Below, one piece after another: positions 1-7,847 of a stretch of 64,000 nucleotides of DNA (positions are counted from its first letter, which is position 1; each line of letters starts with the position of its first letter). The stretch is from Acidobacteriota bacterium (GTDB lineage Bacteria > Acidobacteriota > Vicinamibacteria > Vicinamibacterales > UBA2999): contig VFZN01000002.1 of assembly GCA_016871195.1 (NCBI GenBank), positions 196,690 to 260,689 on the forward strand. The letters are read 5' to 3'. The notes beneath the pieces were generated by a model. It saw only the letters and a program-made list of their open reading frames with translations, had not been told where the DNA came from and searched no databases. The position numbers were made by a program, and so were the translations under genes.

Positions 1-267
1 GCTGTCGGGCGAGGAGGTGAGCTGCAGCCGGTCAGTGCCGTCCCACTTCACCATCCAGATGTCGGTGTTGCGGCGATCCTTCTCGGCATCAATCGTCGTC
101 AGGGTGTAGGCCACCCACTGACCATCGGGCGAGCGCTGCGGGTCAGACACCGCCTGCAGGCGCGAGTGGTCGTCGATGGTGATGGCACGTCTGGCGGGCT
201 GCGCATGGGCCTGCGCCCCTGCGCAGAGCATCAGCGTCGTAACGGCGGCGTAACGGGTGCAGCGCAT
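1..267 (-). CDS. S9-family serine peptidase (prolyl oligopeptidase / dipeptidyl-peptidase type), N-terminal fragment; gene continues past the window edge
   Basis: Own translation of the minus strand from ATG 267: [89 protein letters not shown]. This is a signal peptide followed by the 'SPDG.W.AY' opening of the S9 beta-propeller. It is absent from the ORF track because it has no stop inside the window. Confidence 0.6.
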   Translation of the reverse strand, partial: MRCTRYAAVTTLMLCAGAQAHAQPARRAITIDDHSRLQAVSDPQRSPDGQWVAYTLTTIDAEKDRRNTDIWMVKWDGTDRLQLTSSPDS

Positions 268-273
268 GGCACC

Positions 274-279
274 AATATA
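274..279 (-). promoter_or_regulatory. -10-like hexamer TATATT, 6 nt upstream of the S9 peptidase ATG (leaderless-type promoter)
   Basis: The minus strand reads ATATATT-GGTGCC-ATG. No Shine-Dalgarno is present. This is an AT-only hexamer in GC-rich context. Confidence 0.45.
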
Positions 280-326
280 TGCGCGGGTGTAGACTGGCGC
301 GTCCTCTTTTTTCACGGAGTTGCCCG

Positions 327-1040
327 ATGACACTGACACGACGACAGATGTTCTCCACGCTGGGCCTTGGCGGGTTGATGCTCTCACGCGGCGGTGCCGT
401 GCTGGGCGCCACTGCACAGGCACCGGCCGCGCCCACGGGTCCGTACACCGTGCCCGCACTCGCGTATCCGTTCGCCGCCCTCGAGCCGCACATCGACGCG
501 ATGACGATGCAGATTCACCACGACCGGCATCATCAGACGTATGTGACCAACCTGAACAACCTCGTCGCCACCGCAGGAGCGGCCGGCAAGATGCCGCTCG
601 ACGAGATGCTGAAGAATCTCAATCAGGTACCCGAGAACATCCGCACCGGCATCCGCAACAACGGGGGCGGGCACTGGAACCACGTTCAGTTCTGGACGCT
701 GCTGGCCCCGAATGCCGGCGGGGCCCCCACCGGCGCCATTGCCGATGCCATCAACGGCAGCTTCGGCAGCTTCGACAAGTTCAAGGAGATGTTCACGGCG
801 GCGGCCACGGGGCGCTTCGGCAGCGGCTGGGCGTGGCTGAGCGACGAGAACGGCAAGCTGGTCATTCACAGCACGGCCAACCAGGACACGCCGTCGATGG
901 AGAACAAGCGCGGCATCTTCGGCCTCGACGTGTGGGAGCACGCCTACTACCTCAAGTATCAGAACCGCCGGGCCGACTACATCGGCGCGTTCTGGAATGT
1001 GATCAACTGGGCCGAGGTCAACAAGCGGCTCAAGGGCTGA
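327..1040 (+). CDS. sodA: Mn-type superoxide dismutase with twin-arginine (Tat) signal peptide
   Basis: ORF 279..1040. Motifs [26 protein letters not shown] and DVWEHAYY mark the Fe/Mn SOD family with Mn-type discriminators (GGH; Gln in ANQD). The start is moved to ATG 327 (GGAG 7 nt upstream). The N-terminus [19 protein letters not shown]...AQA matches the Tat consensus T-R-R-x-x-F. Confidence 0.9.
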   Translation: MTLTRRQMFSTLGLGGLMLSRGGAVLGATAQAPAAPTGPYTVPALAYPFAALEPHIDAMTMQIHHDRHHQTYVTNLNNLVATAGAAGKMPLDEMLKNLNQVPENIRTGIRNNGGGHWNHVQFWTLLAPNAGGAPTGAIADAINGSFGSFDKFKEMFTAAATGRFGSGWAWLSDENGKLVIHSTANQDTPSMENKRGIFGLDVWEHAYYLKYQNRRADYIGAFWNVINWAEVNKRLKG

Positions 1041-1067
1041 GCTGCGCCCGAGTGCGTTCGTGCAGGG

Positions 1068-1100
1068 AAGCCGGCCCTCTCCGCGTGAGGGGGCCGGCTT
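1068..1100. terminator. Bidirectional terminator-like hairpin between convergent sodA and the PCu(A)C-like gene
   Basis: AAGCCGGCCC(1068-1077) pairs perfectly with GGGCCGGCTT(1091-1100). An inner CCCTC/GAGGG pairing is also present. The hairpin is followed by TTCTGTCGTT. Confidence 0.55.
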
Positions 1101-1108
1101 TCTGTCGT

Positions 1109-1537
1109 TCAGGGCCGCCGCACCTCGGCTGTCACCTTCATCGCCACGCCGCCGTCGGTCGTCAGGACGAGGGGGACCTGATCGCCAGCGGCAAGGGGTT
1201 TCTTCAGACCCGACAGGCGGAGGAACATCCCCCCGGGCTTGAGCGCCACGCCGCCAAACGAGGCCACGGCAAGTTCCTTCACCACGGTCGGCGCCTCGGG
1301 CGTGCCCTGTGCGATCTCGACCGAACCGGCCACTTCACTCGACACACTGACGACATAGATCTCGTACATCGTCGGGTTGTCGATCGCGACGTACCCGACG
1401 GCGGTGATCGCGCCGGCTGCCGGTGCGGCCACCCACGCCTCGGACGCCGACGGCTGCGCCTGCGAGGCCCGTGTGCTGACGGCCCCCATCACGGCCATCG
1501 CGAGGGCAAGGCCGACGTTCTTTATCATCGTGTGCAT
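1109..1537 (-). CDS. PCu(A)C/DUF461-fold periplasmic protein, apparently lacking the canonical Cu(I) His/Met ligands
   Basis: ORF 1109..1549. It has a signal peptide, then '..LKPGGMFLRLSGLKKPLAAGDQVPLVLTT..', which fits the PCuAC pattern KPGG-x-H-x-M-L-x-GLK-x-PL-x-GD-x-vpL. His and Met are replaced (GGMFLRL). The upstream 'ELH.H..M.M' block reads VEIAQGTPEAPTVVKEL. ATG 1537 is preferred as start (GGAGA 5 nt upstream). Confidence 0.65.
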   Translation of the reverse strand: MHTMIKNVGLALAMAVMGAVSTRASQAQPSASEAWVAAPAAGAITAVGYVAIDNPTMYEIYVVSVSSEVAGSVEIAQGTPEAPTVVKELAVASFGGVALKPGGMFLRLSGLKKPLAAGDQVPLVLTTDGGVAMKVTAEVRRP

Positions 1538-1611
1538 CTGCGTCTCCACGCCGACCCGCAGGCGGTCGGCGCCTCAGTATGCCATCACCCGCCCGCGGTC
1601 TCTGCCGCCGA

Positions 1612-2148
1612 TCAGCGCTGTACGGGAAACTTCGACAGCTTCCGCTGCAGCGACCGCCGGTGCAGCCCGAGCACGCGTGCGGCGTATGAAACGTTTCCCT
1701 GACACTCGGTCAGCACGCGCTGGATGTGTTCCCACTCGACACGCGCCAGGGAAGGCACGGTGAACTCGCGCAACATCCCGGCATCCGCGCCGCTGCCGCG
1801 CAGGGCGGTGGCCACCTGATCGGCATCGACCGGCTTGGTCAGGTAGTCGGCCGCACCGCGCTTGAGGCTCTCGACGGCCGTGGCAATCGCGCCGTAGCCG
1901 GTCAGCACCACGATGCGGGTGGTGGCGTCGATGGCGTGCAGGGCGGCGACTACGTCGAGGCCATGGCCATCGGGCAGCCGCAGGTCGATGAGCGCGCATT
2001 CGGGACTGTCGAGCCGTGCCGCCTGCAGGGCGGCCTCGACCGTTCCCGCACGCGTCACCTCGAAGCCGCGCGCCTCGAGGGCCCGCGCCATGCGCGACGC
2101 AAACACGTCATCGTCATCCAGAAGCAGCAGGCTCTGCGCGTCAGACAT
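1612..2148 (-). CDS. regA: RegA/PrrA/ActR-family response regulator (receiver + Fis-type HTH)
   Basis: ORF 1612..2247, trimmed to ATG 2148 (MSDAQSLLLLDDDD...). Receiver motifs are DLRLPDGHG and TKP. The C-terminal HTH GNVSYAARVLGLHRRSLQRKLSK matches the highly conserved RegA helix-turn-helix. The start lies 2 nt downstream of the regB stop. Confidence 0.85.
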   Translation of the reverse strand: MSDAQSLLLLDDDDVFASRMARALEARGFEVTRAGTVEAALQAARLDSPECALIDLRLPDGHGLDVVAALHAIDATTRIVVLTGYGAIATAVESLKRGAADYLTKPVDADQVATALRGSGADAGMLREFTVPSLARVEWEHIQRVLTECQGNVSYAARVLGLHRRSLQRKLSKFPVQR

Positions 2149-2150
2149 GA

Positions 2151-3473
2151 TCAGGCGTGCCTCTCGTCGGAACCTGCGGCGGGCAGCCACAGGGTGGCGC
2201 GCGTGCCGTGTGCCGGTGTCGAGGCGAGACGCAGCACACCGCCCCATCGATCGGCGAAGGTGCGCGCCAGAAAGAGGCCCAGCCCGAATCCGCTGCCGAC
2301 CGGCTTGGTCGTGAAGAAAGGCTCTCCGGCCCTGGCCAGCACGTCCAGGGTCATGCCGCTGCCCTGATCAGAGACGTCGAAGCGTGTGCCGCGATTGTCT
2401 GCACTGGCGGAGACGATGACGCCCTGGCCGCTGGTCGAGGCGTCGAGCGCATTGCGCACCAGCGTGCGGAGCGCACGCGATGCCGATGCCAGCGGCACCG
2501 ACACAAGCGGCGCATCGGCCGACACACGCAGCGACACACGCGCAAGGGCCTCGTCTGTCAGGGTCAGCAGGGCCTCGTCCACCAGGTGCTGCGCCGATAT
2601 GCGCTGGGCCTCGTGCGCAACGGACGCATCGGCGCGACCGCTCATCTGGTCGAGAATTTCGCGGCAGCGTTCCACCTGCGAGCGAATCAGGCGGGCATCC
2701 TCGGCCAGCCCCGGAGGCACACCGGCCGCCGTCGCGGCGATATCGAGTTCGCGCGCGGCCACGGCGATGGCGCTCAGGGGCGTGGCCAGTTCATGGGCCG
2801 CGCCTGCCGCCAGCGTCGTGAGCGACGCCAGGCGCTCCTGCTGGGCCGCCACGCGCTGGGCCTCGGCCAGCGCCTGCTCACGCTCCTCGAGCGCCCGCCT
2901 GATGCGGGTCACAAACGCCGCCGTGAGAATGGCCGCCACCGCAAATGCCACCCCCATCCCGACCTGATGCCCGAGGTCGGGCCCCATGGCCCCGTGCGCC
3001 GCGTGCGGGTCGATGGTGGTGCGCAGCGGCGTGACGAAGAGCAGGCCATAGCCGACGGTCGACGCTGCCGCCGTGGCCCAGGCCCACCGCGCCGTGAGCG
3101 TCACCGCCGCCAGTGTGATGTACACGAGATAGCTGATGGTGAACGGATTGGAAGGCCCGCCCGTGGCCAGCATCAGCGCCGTCAGAATGCCCACATCAAG
3201 CAGCAGGCAGCCACCCATGCGTCCCTCGAGGGCCTCGCGCTCGTGCTGCTGACGCCAGAGCCACAGATTGCTGAGGAACTGGACGGCCAGCAGCGCCGCG
3301 ACCCAGCCCAGTGGCAGCAGCGCCGACAGCAGCCATGTCGAGGCCGTCAGCGCGACGACGGCCCCGGCGATGACCCACCAGCGGAACTGCACCAGCCAGG
3401 CGGCCGTGACGACGGGGGTGGCGAGCGGCAGAGGCACGACCCCATTGTGCGCGTCGTGGCTCCGGTTGCCCAT
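2151..3473 (-). CDS. regB: RegB/PrrB/ActS-family redox-sensing histidine kinase
   Basis: The multi-TM N-terminus contains GGPSNPF, which matches the RegB quinone-site heptapeptide GGXXNPF. The H-box is AAHELATPLSAI. A Cys 43 residues downstream (VERCREIL) matches the position of the RegB redox-active Cys. HATPase boxes are RNALDA, DQGSGM and GSGFGLGL. Confidence 0.85.
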   Translation of the reverse strand: MGNRSHDAHNGVVPLPLATPVVTAAWLVQFRWWVIAGAVVALTASTWLLSALLPLGWVAALLAVQFLSNLWLWRQQHEREALEGRMGGCLLLDVGILTALMLATGGPSNPFTISYLVYITLAAVTLTARWAWATAAASTVGYGLLFVTPLRTTIDPHAAHGAMGPDLGHQVGMGVAFAVAAILTAAFVTRIRRALEEREQALAEAQRVAAQQERLASLTTLAAGAAHELATPLSAIAVAARELDIAATAAGVPPGLAEDARLIRSQVERCREILDQMSGRADASVAHEAQRISAQHLVDEALLTLTDEALARVSLRVSADAPLVSVPLASASRALRTLVRNALDASTSGQGVIVSASADNRGTRFDVSDQGSGMTLDVLARAGEPFFTTKPVGSGFGLGLFLARTFADRWGGVLRLASTPAHGTRATLWLPAAGSDERHA

Positions 3474-3502
3474 GCGTCAAACTGCCGCAGGCCCGGCACC
3501 GC

Positions 3503-4915
3503 CTAGCGCGGCAGGCGTTCGGGCATCTCGGCGACGACGTAGGTCATCACCGCCAGCGCGGCCGCCGCCTTCGAGACATCCTCGGTCGGAATGCGCTCGA
3601 CGGTATCTGCCGGTGTGTGGTGAATGGTGAAGTACTTGGTCGAGTCGCCGCTGTAGGCCATCATCGGCACGCGGCCCGCCTCGGCGATGGGGCCGATATC
3701 GGCCCCGCCCCCGCCGGGCCCCACGTACTGCATGTCAATCGGTGCCAGCAGCGTCCCGATGTCGGCGATGATGCGCCGGGCCGACTCTGATCCGCTGAAG
3801 GCCAGACGGGCAGGCTGGAACACGCCCGAGTCTGACTCGATGGCCAGCACATGATCACCGGCGGCTTTCACATAGGCATCACGATAGGCCGTGCCTCCGC
3901 GCAATCCGTTTTCCTCATTGGTAAAGAGCACCAGCCGCACGGTGCGACGCGGTCTGATGCCCAGCGCCTTCATGAGCCGCAGGCTTTCCCACGTGACAAT
4001 GCATCCCACGGCGTCATCGGAGGCGCCCGTGGCGGCGTCCCACGAATCGAAGTGGCACCCGACCAGCACGATTTCATTCGGGCGCTCGCGTCCCGTCAGT
4101 TCGCCGATCACGTTGGCCGATTCCACATCAGGCTCGAAGTGCGCCTCCATCGTCAGGCGCACGCGCACGCGGCGCCCGCGGTCGATGATGCGGTGGATGC
4201 GCTGGGCGTCCTCGACGGAAATCGCCGCCGCCGGAATCTTCGGGGCATCGTCGCCGTACTGCATGCCGCCGGTATGCGGCGTCCGCAGGCCCATGGGCCC
4301 CACTGACCGCAGCAGCACACCCACGGCCCCGTGCTGCGCGGCGAGCCTGGCCCCGCCCGCGCGATAGACCACGGTCTCGCCATAGTTGGTGTAGGGCACA
4401 TCGAAGAGCACGATGCGTCCGCGGGCCTCGGCCGACCGGCGCTGCAGTTCGTCCTGGCTGCTGACCACCATGACGTCGGCCTCGAGCCCCTCGGGTCGCG
4501 TGGCCACCGACCCGCCCAGCCCCAGCAGCGGAAGGACGTGATGCGGCGGCTCGATGATTTCGAGCCGTTCCTGGCCGCGCACCCACTTGGGGCCCATGAC
4601 CCTTTCGGTGCGGACACCCTCGAACCCATCGGCGCGCATCGTGTCAGCCGCCCACACAATCGCCCGGGTCAGGTTGTCCGATCCGGTCAGGCGCGCCCCG
4701 TAGGTGTCGGTCAGCTCGGCCAGGCGGTTCCAGGCGAACTGATCGGCAGTCGCCGCTGTGATGAGGCGCTGGGCATCACGACGATAGGGCTGCAGCCAAG
4801 TCGGCCCGGCCTCCTGGGCCAGCGCGGGCAATTCGAGCACCGGTTCCGGCAGTGCCAGAGGCACAGCGGCCAGAGCGAGAAGCGCGAGGAGCACAAACGG
4901 TCGCAGGCGGGCCAT
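3503..4915 (-). CDS. Secreted M28-family aminopeptidase with PA (protease-associated) domain
   Basis: Signal peptide MARLRPFVLLALLALAAVP. M28 metal-ligand blocks are HFDSW..GASDDAVG, NEENGLRGG and HHTPADT. Confidence 0.85.
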   Translation of the reverse strand: MARLRPFVLLALLALAAVPLALPEPVLELPALAQEAGPTWLQPYRRDAQRLITAATADQFAWNRLAELTDTYGARLTGSDNLTRAIVWAADTMRADGFEGVRTERVMGPKWVRGQERLEIIEPPHHVLPLLGLGGSVATRPEGLEADVMVVSSQDELQRRSAEARGRIVLFDVPYTNYGETVVYRAGGARLAAQHGAVGVLLRSVGPMGLRTPHTGGMQYGDDAPKIPAAAISVEDAQRIHRIIDRGRRVRVRLTMEAHFEPDVESANVIGELTGRERPNEIVLVGCHFDSWDAATGASDDAVGCIVTWESLRLMKALGIRPRRTVRLVLFTNEENGLRGGTAYRDAYVKAAGDHVLAIESDSGVFQPARLAFSGSESARRIIADIGTLLAPIDMQYVGPGGGGADIGPIAEAGRVPMMAYSGDSTKYFTIHHTPADTVERIPTEDVSKAAAALAVMTYVVAEMPERLPR

Positions 4916-4923
4916 GAGCGCGG

Positions 4924-4931
4924 ATTATAAT
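4924..4931. promoter_or_regulatory. Palindromic ATTATAAT providing a perfect TATAAT -10 on both strands (M28 peptidase leftward, DUF454 gene rightward)
   Basis: The minus strand has TATAAT (4929->4924), then 8 nt, then ATG 4915. The plus strand has TATAAT (4926-4931), then 9 nt, then GTG 4941. This is the only all-A/T octamer in the neighbourhood. Confidence 0.5.
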
Positions 4932-4940
4932 CGGGGCGTC

Positions 4941-5327
4941 GTGACGCGGGCGCTGTATATCGGGCTGGGTCTCATCTCGGTGGGCCTGGCTGCCATCGGG
5001 GCCGTGCTGCCCGGAATGCCCACCACGGTGTTCCTGCTGCTTGCGCTGTGGGCGTTCTCGCGCTCGAGCCGCCATCTGCACGACTGGCTGCGTGCCGCCC
5101 CGCTCTTCCGCGACGCCATGACGCACGTCGACCGCTATCACGCCGAGCGCAGCATTACGCGCGGCGTGAAGGCCATCGCCGTCGGTGCGGCCTGGACCTC
5201 GGTGGCGGCCTTCTTTTACAGCCGCGGCCTCGAGCCCTCGGCGACGGCCGTCATCCTCGTGATGCTGGCCATGGCCTGCACCGTGTTCATGGCGCTCACG
5301 CGCACGGCCGACACGCGCCGCTCCTGA
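4941..5327 (+). CDS. ybaN: DUF454/YbaN-family inner-membrane protein
   Basis: ORF 4914..5327. The signature is GAVLPGMPTTVFLLLALWAFSRSSRHLHDWL. The start is moved to in-frame GTG 4941 because the TATAAT box lies downstream of ATG 4914. ATG 4914 remains an alternative. Confidence 0.7.
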   Translation: MTRALYIGLGLISVGLAAIGAVLPGMPTTVFLLLALWAFSRSSRHLHDWLRAAPLFRDAMTHVDRYHAERSITRGVKAIAVGAAWTSVAAFFYSRGLEPSATAVILVMLAMACTVFMALTRTADTRRS

Positions 5328-5459
5328 ATCGTTTCACCGTCAGACACACCACAGGGCCGGGCCTCCGCCGATGCGGACACCCGACCCCGATGATTGCTGC
5401 ACGCCGGCACCCGGAGGAGGACAGGTGCGGCATCAGCCAGTCGATGCGGTATCGCGGGC

Positions 5460-5491
5460 CCGGGGGCTGCGCTCAGTTGCGCGGCCCCCGG
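5460..5491. terminator. 13-bp GC hairpin downstream of the TonB-dependent receptor (minus strand) and convergent ybaN
   Basis: CCGGGGGCTGCGC(5460-5472) pairs with GCGCGGCCCCCGG(5479-5491) with one G-U wobble and a 6-nt loop. There is no U-tract. Confidence 0.4.
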
Positions 5492-5503
5492 ATGTCCCTG
5501 CCG

Positions 5504-7777
5504 CTAGAAGCCCAGCGTGTAGACCACCCGGAAGGTGCGGCCGCGCTCGGGCACCATCTCCTTCAAATAGTTCAGGTGGTTACGGTAGAGCCGATCGGTC
5601 GCGTTCTCGAGGCGTGCCGTGATGGTGTTGAAGACGCGGCCCTGCACGAAGGAGTATGACGCGAAGAACCGCAGCATCGCATAGCCGTCTGTGGCGGTCT
5701 CCTCACCGAACACGCGGTTCTGGGCCGACGCGGTCACGATACTGCCGCCGGCCTGCAGGCTGGTGCCCTGATACTTGAGTCCAAAAATGCCGCGGGCCGG
5801 AGGAATGCGGGGCAGGGCCTCGTTGGTGTCCTTCAGCCGCCCCCGCACCATGTCGATGGTGAAATCGGCAATCCAGCGATCGGTGATTTTGAAGTCGCCG
5901 TGGGCCTCCATGCCCCAGAGGCGGCTGTCGCGGGCCACAAATTCAACGAAGGGCAGGCCTTCGCCGTGGCCGTGATGCCCCTCGTCGCCGTGGTCGTCCC
6001 CGTGGTCGTCAGACTCACCGTGGACCACACCGAAGCGGTCATCGAACTCCTCTTCGCGCTCCTCGAATTCCTCCTCGGAAATCGGGTTGCGGAAGATGTA
6101 GTTGGCAATGTCATTCGAGAAGAACGTGATTTCTCCCTCGAAACGGCCGCCGCGGGCGCGCAGCGAGACGTCGGCGCCCAGGGCCCGCTCGGCGTCGAGC
6201 GTCGGGTTTCCGATCTCATAGGCAAAGTTCCCGAGGTGGGGGCCGAAGAAGTACAGCTCCTCCATGGCCGGGGCCCGCGCCGCCCGCGCAAAGCTGGCCG
6301 CCAGGACCAGATTGTCGCGTGCAGCCGACGGACGCAGCAGCACGCCGGCCGACCCCGACCACTCGGTGAAGTCACGTGCCGGCAGCACGCCCTGCGGTTC
6401 GTAGGTGGTGCGGTCGACGCGACCGCCGAACTGGAAGGTGGCATGCGCGTTGCCCACTTCCTCATACACAAACGCTGCGGCATTGCGCTGCCCCACCGGC
6501 GGCGACAGCGCCTCGGCGCCACTCACGTTGAAGTCGCGCTGCATGAACCAGCCGCCCACGGTGCCGACGAGGTTGGCGGTCTTGCGGTGCGACAGCAGCA
6601 GTTCGCCCTCGACCGAGCGGTTCTGAAAGGTCGTGCCGACCTCGGTGCCTTCGAGTTCCTGATGCTCGTAGTCGCGGAAGCCGAACGTCGCGCGATACGA
6701 CTGAAAGAAGCCGTTCATCTGCGTGGCGCTGGCGCGTGCGCTCAGCGAGTGCCGGCGGGGCGTGAGGCTGACGTTGCCCTCTTCGATGAAGGGCACGCCA
6801 TACTTTATATCGGTGTAGCTGTAGCTCGCGCCGACATACTGGTTGTCGCCCGTCCATGATCCGCCCACGTTACCGGTGGCCAGAGACGACTGCGAGTTGG
6901 GCACCTTGCCCTCGGGCGTAAAGTAGCTGCCGCTGTCCTGACCGCTGCCGCCAGCCGTGAAGGCAAAGCGCCCGTTACCGACCGTGATGCCGGCCGCCGA
7001 GCCCACCTGATTGCCGTTGTTGGCCAGATCGAAATTGACCCGGCCCGTGGGCGCCGTCACCGGCTGCGTTGGAATCTGGTCGGTGACGACGTTGACCAGA
7101 CCGCCAATGGCGTTGGCGCCGTAGAGTAGCGTCGCAGGGCCACGCACCACTTCCACCCGCCGCGCCGCCGCGGGATTGATCGGCACGCCGTGGTCGGCCG
7201 ACTGGCTCGACAGGTCGCCCATGCGCTGACCGTCTTCCAGCACAATCACGCGGTCGCCATCGAGCCCGCGAATCACCGGGCGCGCGGGCGCGGCACCGAA
7301 CGCGCGTGTCGAGATACCGGGCGAATATTGCAGGGTGCCGGCAATCGTGGTTTCCTGCTGCTGAGCCAGATCCTGCCCGCCCAGCACGGTGGTCGGCTGG
7401 TAGGCCTCGAACTGCGGGCGCGGCGTCGGGCTCACAGACAGCACTTCCGCGAAATGAATGTCGAACTCGACGGCGATGTCCTGCACCGCAGGCGCGCTGC
7501 CGACCGTCACCTCGACCCGTCGGGTGGTCGAGCCGCCGGCGCGCACCCCGAGGTGATACTCGCCGGCAGGCACCCCCTCGAAGCGATACTGGCCAGTGGC
7601 ATCGGTGCGCGTCTCGCGGCGCAGTTCGTCAATAACCACCACCGCATTTGCCAGCGGCTGTCCGCCGTCGGCCTGCGTGATGGTGCCGCTGAGCGTCGTG
7701 CCGGTCTGCGCCATGGCCGCGCCGGAGCAAACGAGACTCAGCGTGAACAGTAGAATAGAGAGTGTTCGGACAAACAT
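5504..7777 (-). CDS. TonB-dependent outer-membrane receptor with N-terminal CarboxypepD_reg domain and a His/Asp-rich loop (candidate metal, zinc-type, receptor)
   Basis: Signal peptide MFVRTLSILLFTLSLVCSGAAMAQT. The CarboxypepD_reg block is GTITQADGGQPLANAVVVIDE...TDATGQYRFEGVPAGEYHL. The plug motif is PVIRGLDGDRVIVLEDG. The C-terminus ...FRVVYTLGF ends in a terminal aromatic residue. The insert is HGESDDHGDDHGDEGHHGHGEG. Confidence 0.88.
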   Translation of the reverse strand: MFVRTLSILLFTLSLVCSGAAMAQTGTTLSGTITQADGGQPLANAVVVIDELRRETRTDATGQYRFEGVPAGEYHLGVRAGGSTTRRVEVTVGSAPAVQDIAVEFDIHFAEVLSVSPTPRPQFEAYQPTTVLGGQDLAQQQETTIAGTLQYSPGISTRAFGAAPARPVIRGLDGDRVIVLEDGQRMGDLSSQSADHGVPINPAAARRVEVVRGPATLLYGANAIGGLVNVVTDQIPTQPVTAPTGRVNFDLANNGNQVGSAAGITVGNGRFAFTAGGSGQDSGSYFTPEGKVPNSQSSLATGNVGGSWTGDNQYVGASYSYTDIKYGVPFIEEGNVSLTPRRHSLSARASATQMNGFFQSYRATFGFRDYEHQELEGTEVGTTFQNRSVEGELLLSHRKTANLVGTVGGWFMQRDFNVSGAEALSPPVGQRNAAAFVYEEVGNAHATFQFGGRVDRTTYEPQGVLPARDFTEWSGSAGVLLRPSAARDNLVLAASFARAARAPAMEELYFFGPHLGNFAYEIGNPTLDAERALGADVSLRARGGRFEGEITFFSNDIANYIFRNPISEEEFEEREEEFDDRFGVVHGESDDHGDDHGDEGHHGHGEGLPFVEFVARDSRLWGMEAHGDFKITDRWIADFTIDMVRGRLKDTNEALPRIPPARGIFGLKYQGTSLQAGGSIVTASAQNRVFGEETATDGYAMLRFFASYSFVQGRVFNTITARLENATDRLYRNHLNYLKEMVPERGRTFRVVYTLGF

Positions 7778-7847
7778 AGTATTTCTAGTCTACCGGCGAC
7801 CGGGGGCCACTCAACAGGTCTGACCGATCAGCACCACGGAGATTTTC

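Noticed and set aside
320-1702. 460-aa ORF spanning sodA, the terminator and the PCu(A)C-like gene
   Set aside because: It is an Arg/Pro/His-rich nonsense translation in an alternative frame of two well-supported genes on both strands. This is a typical high-GC frame shadow.
2157-3506. 449-aa plus-strand ORF antisense to regB, with many smaller nested ORFs between 1574 and 3630
   Set aside because: The composition is Arg/Gly/Gln-biased with no motifs. The opposite strand encodes a kinase with complete RegB hallmarks.
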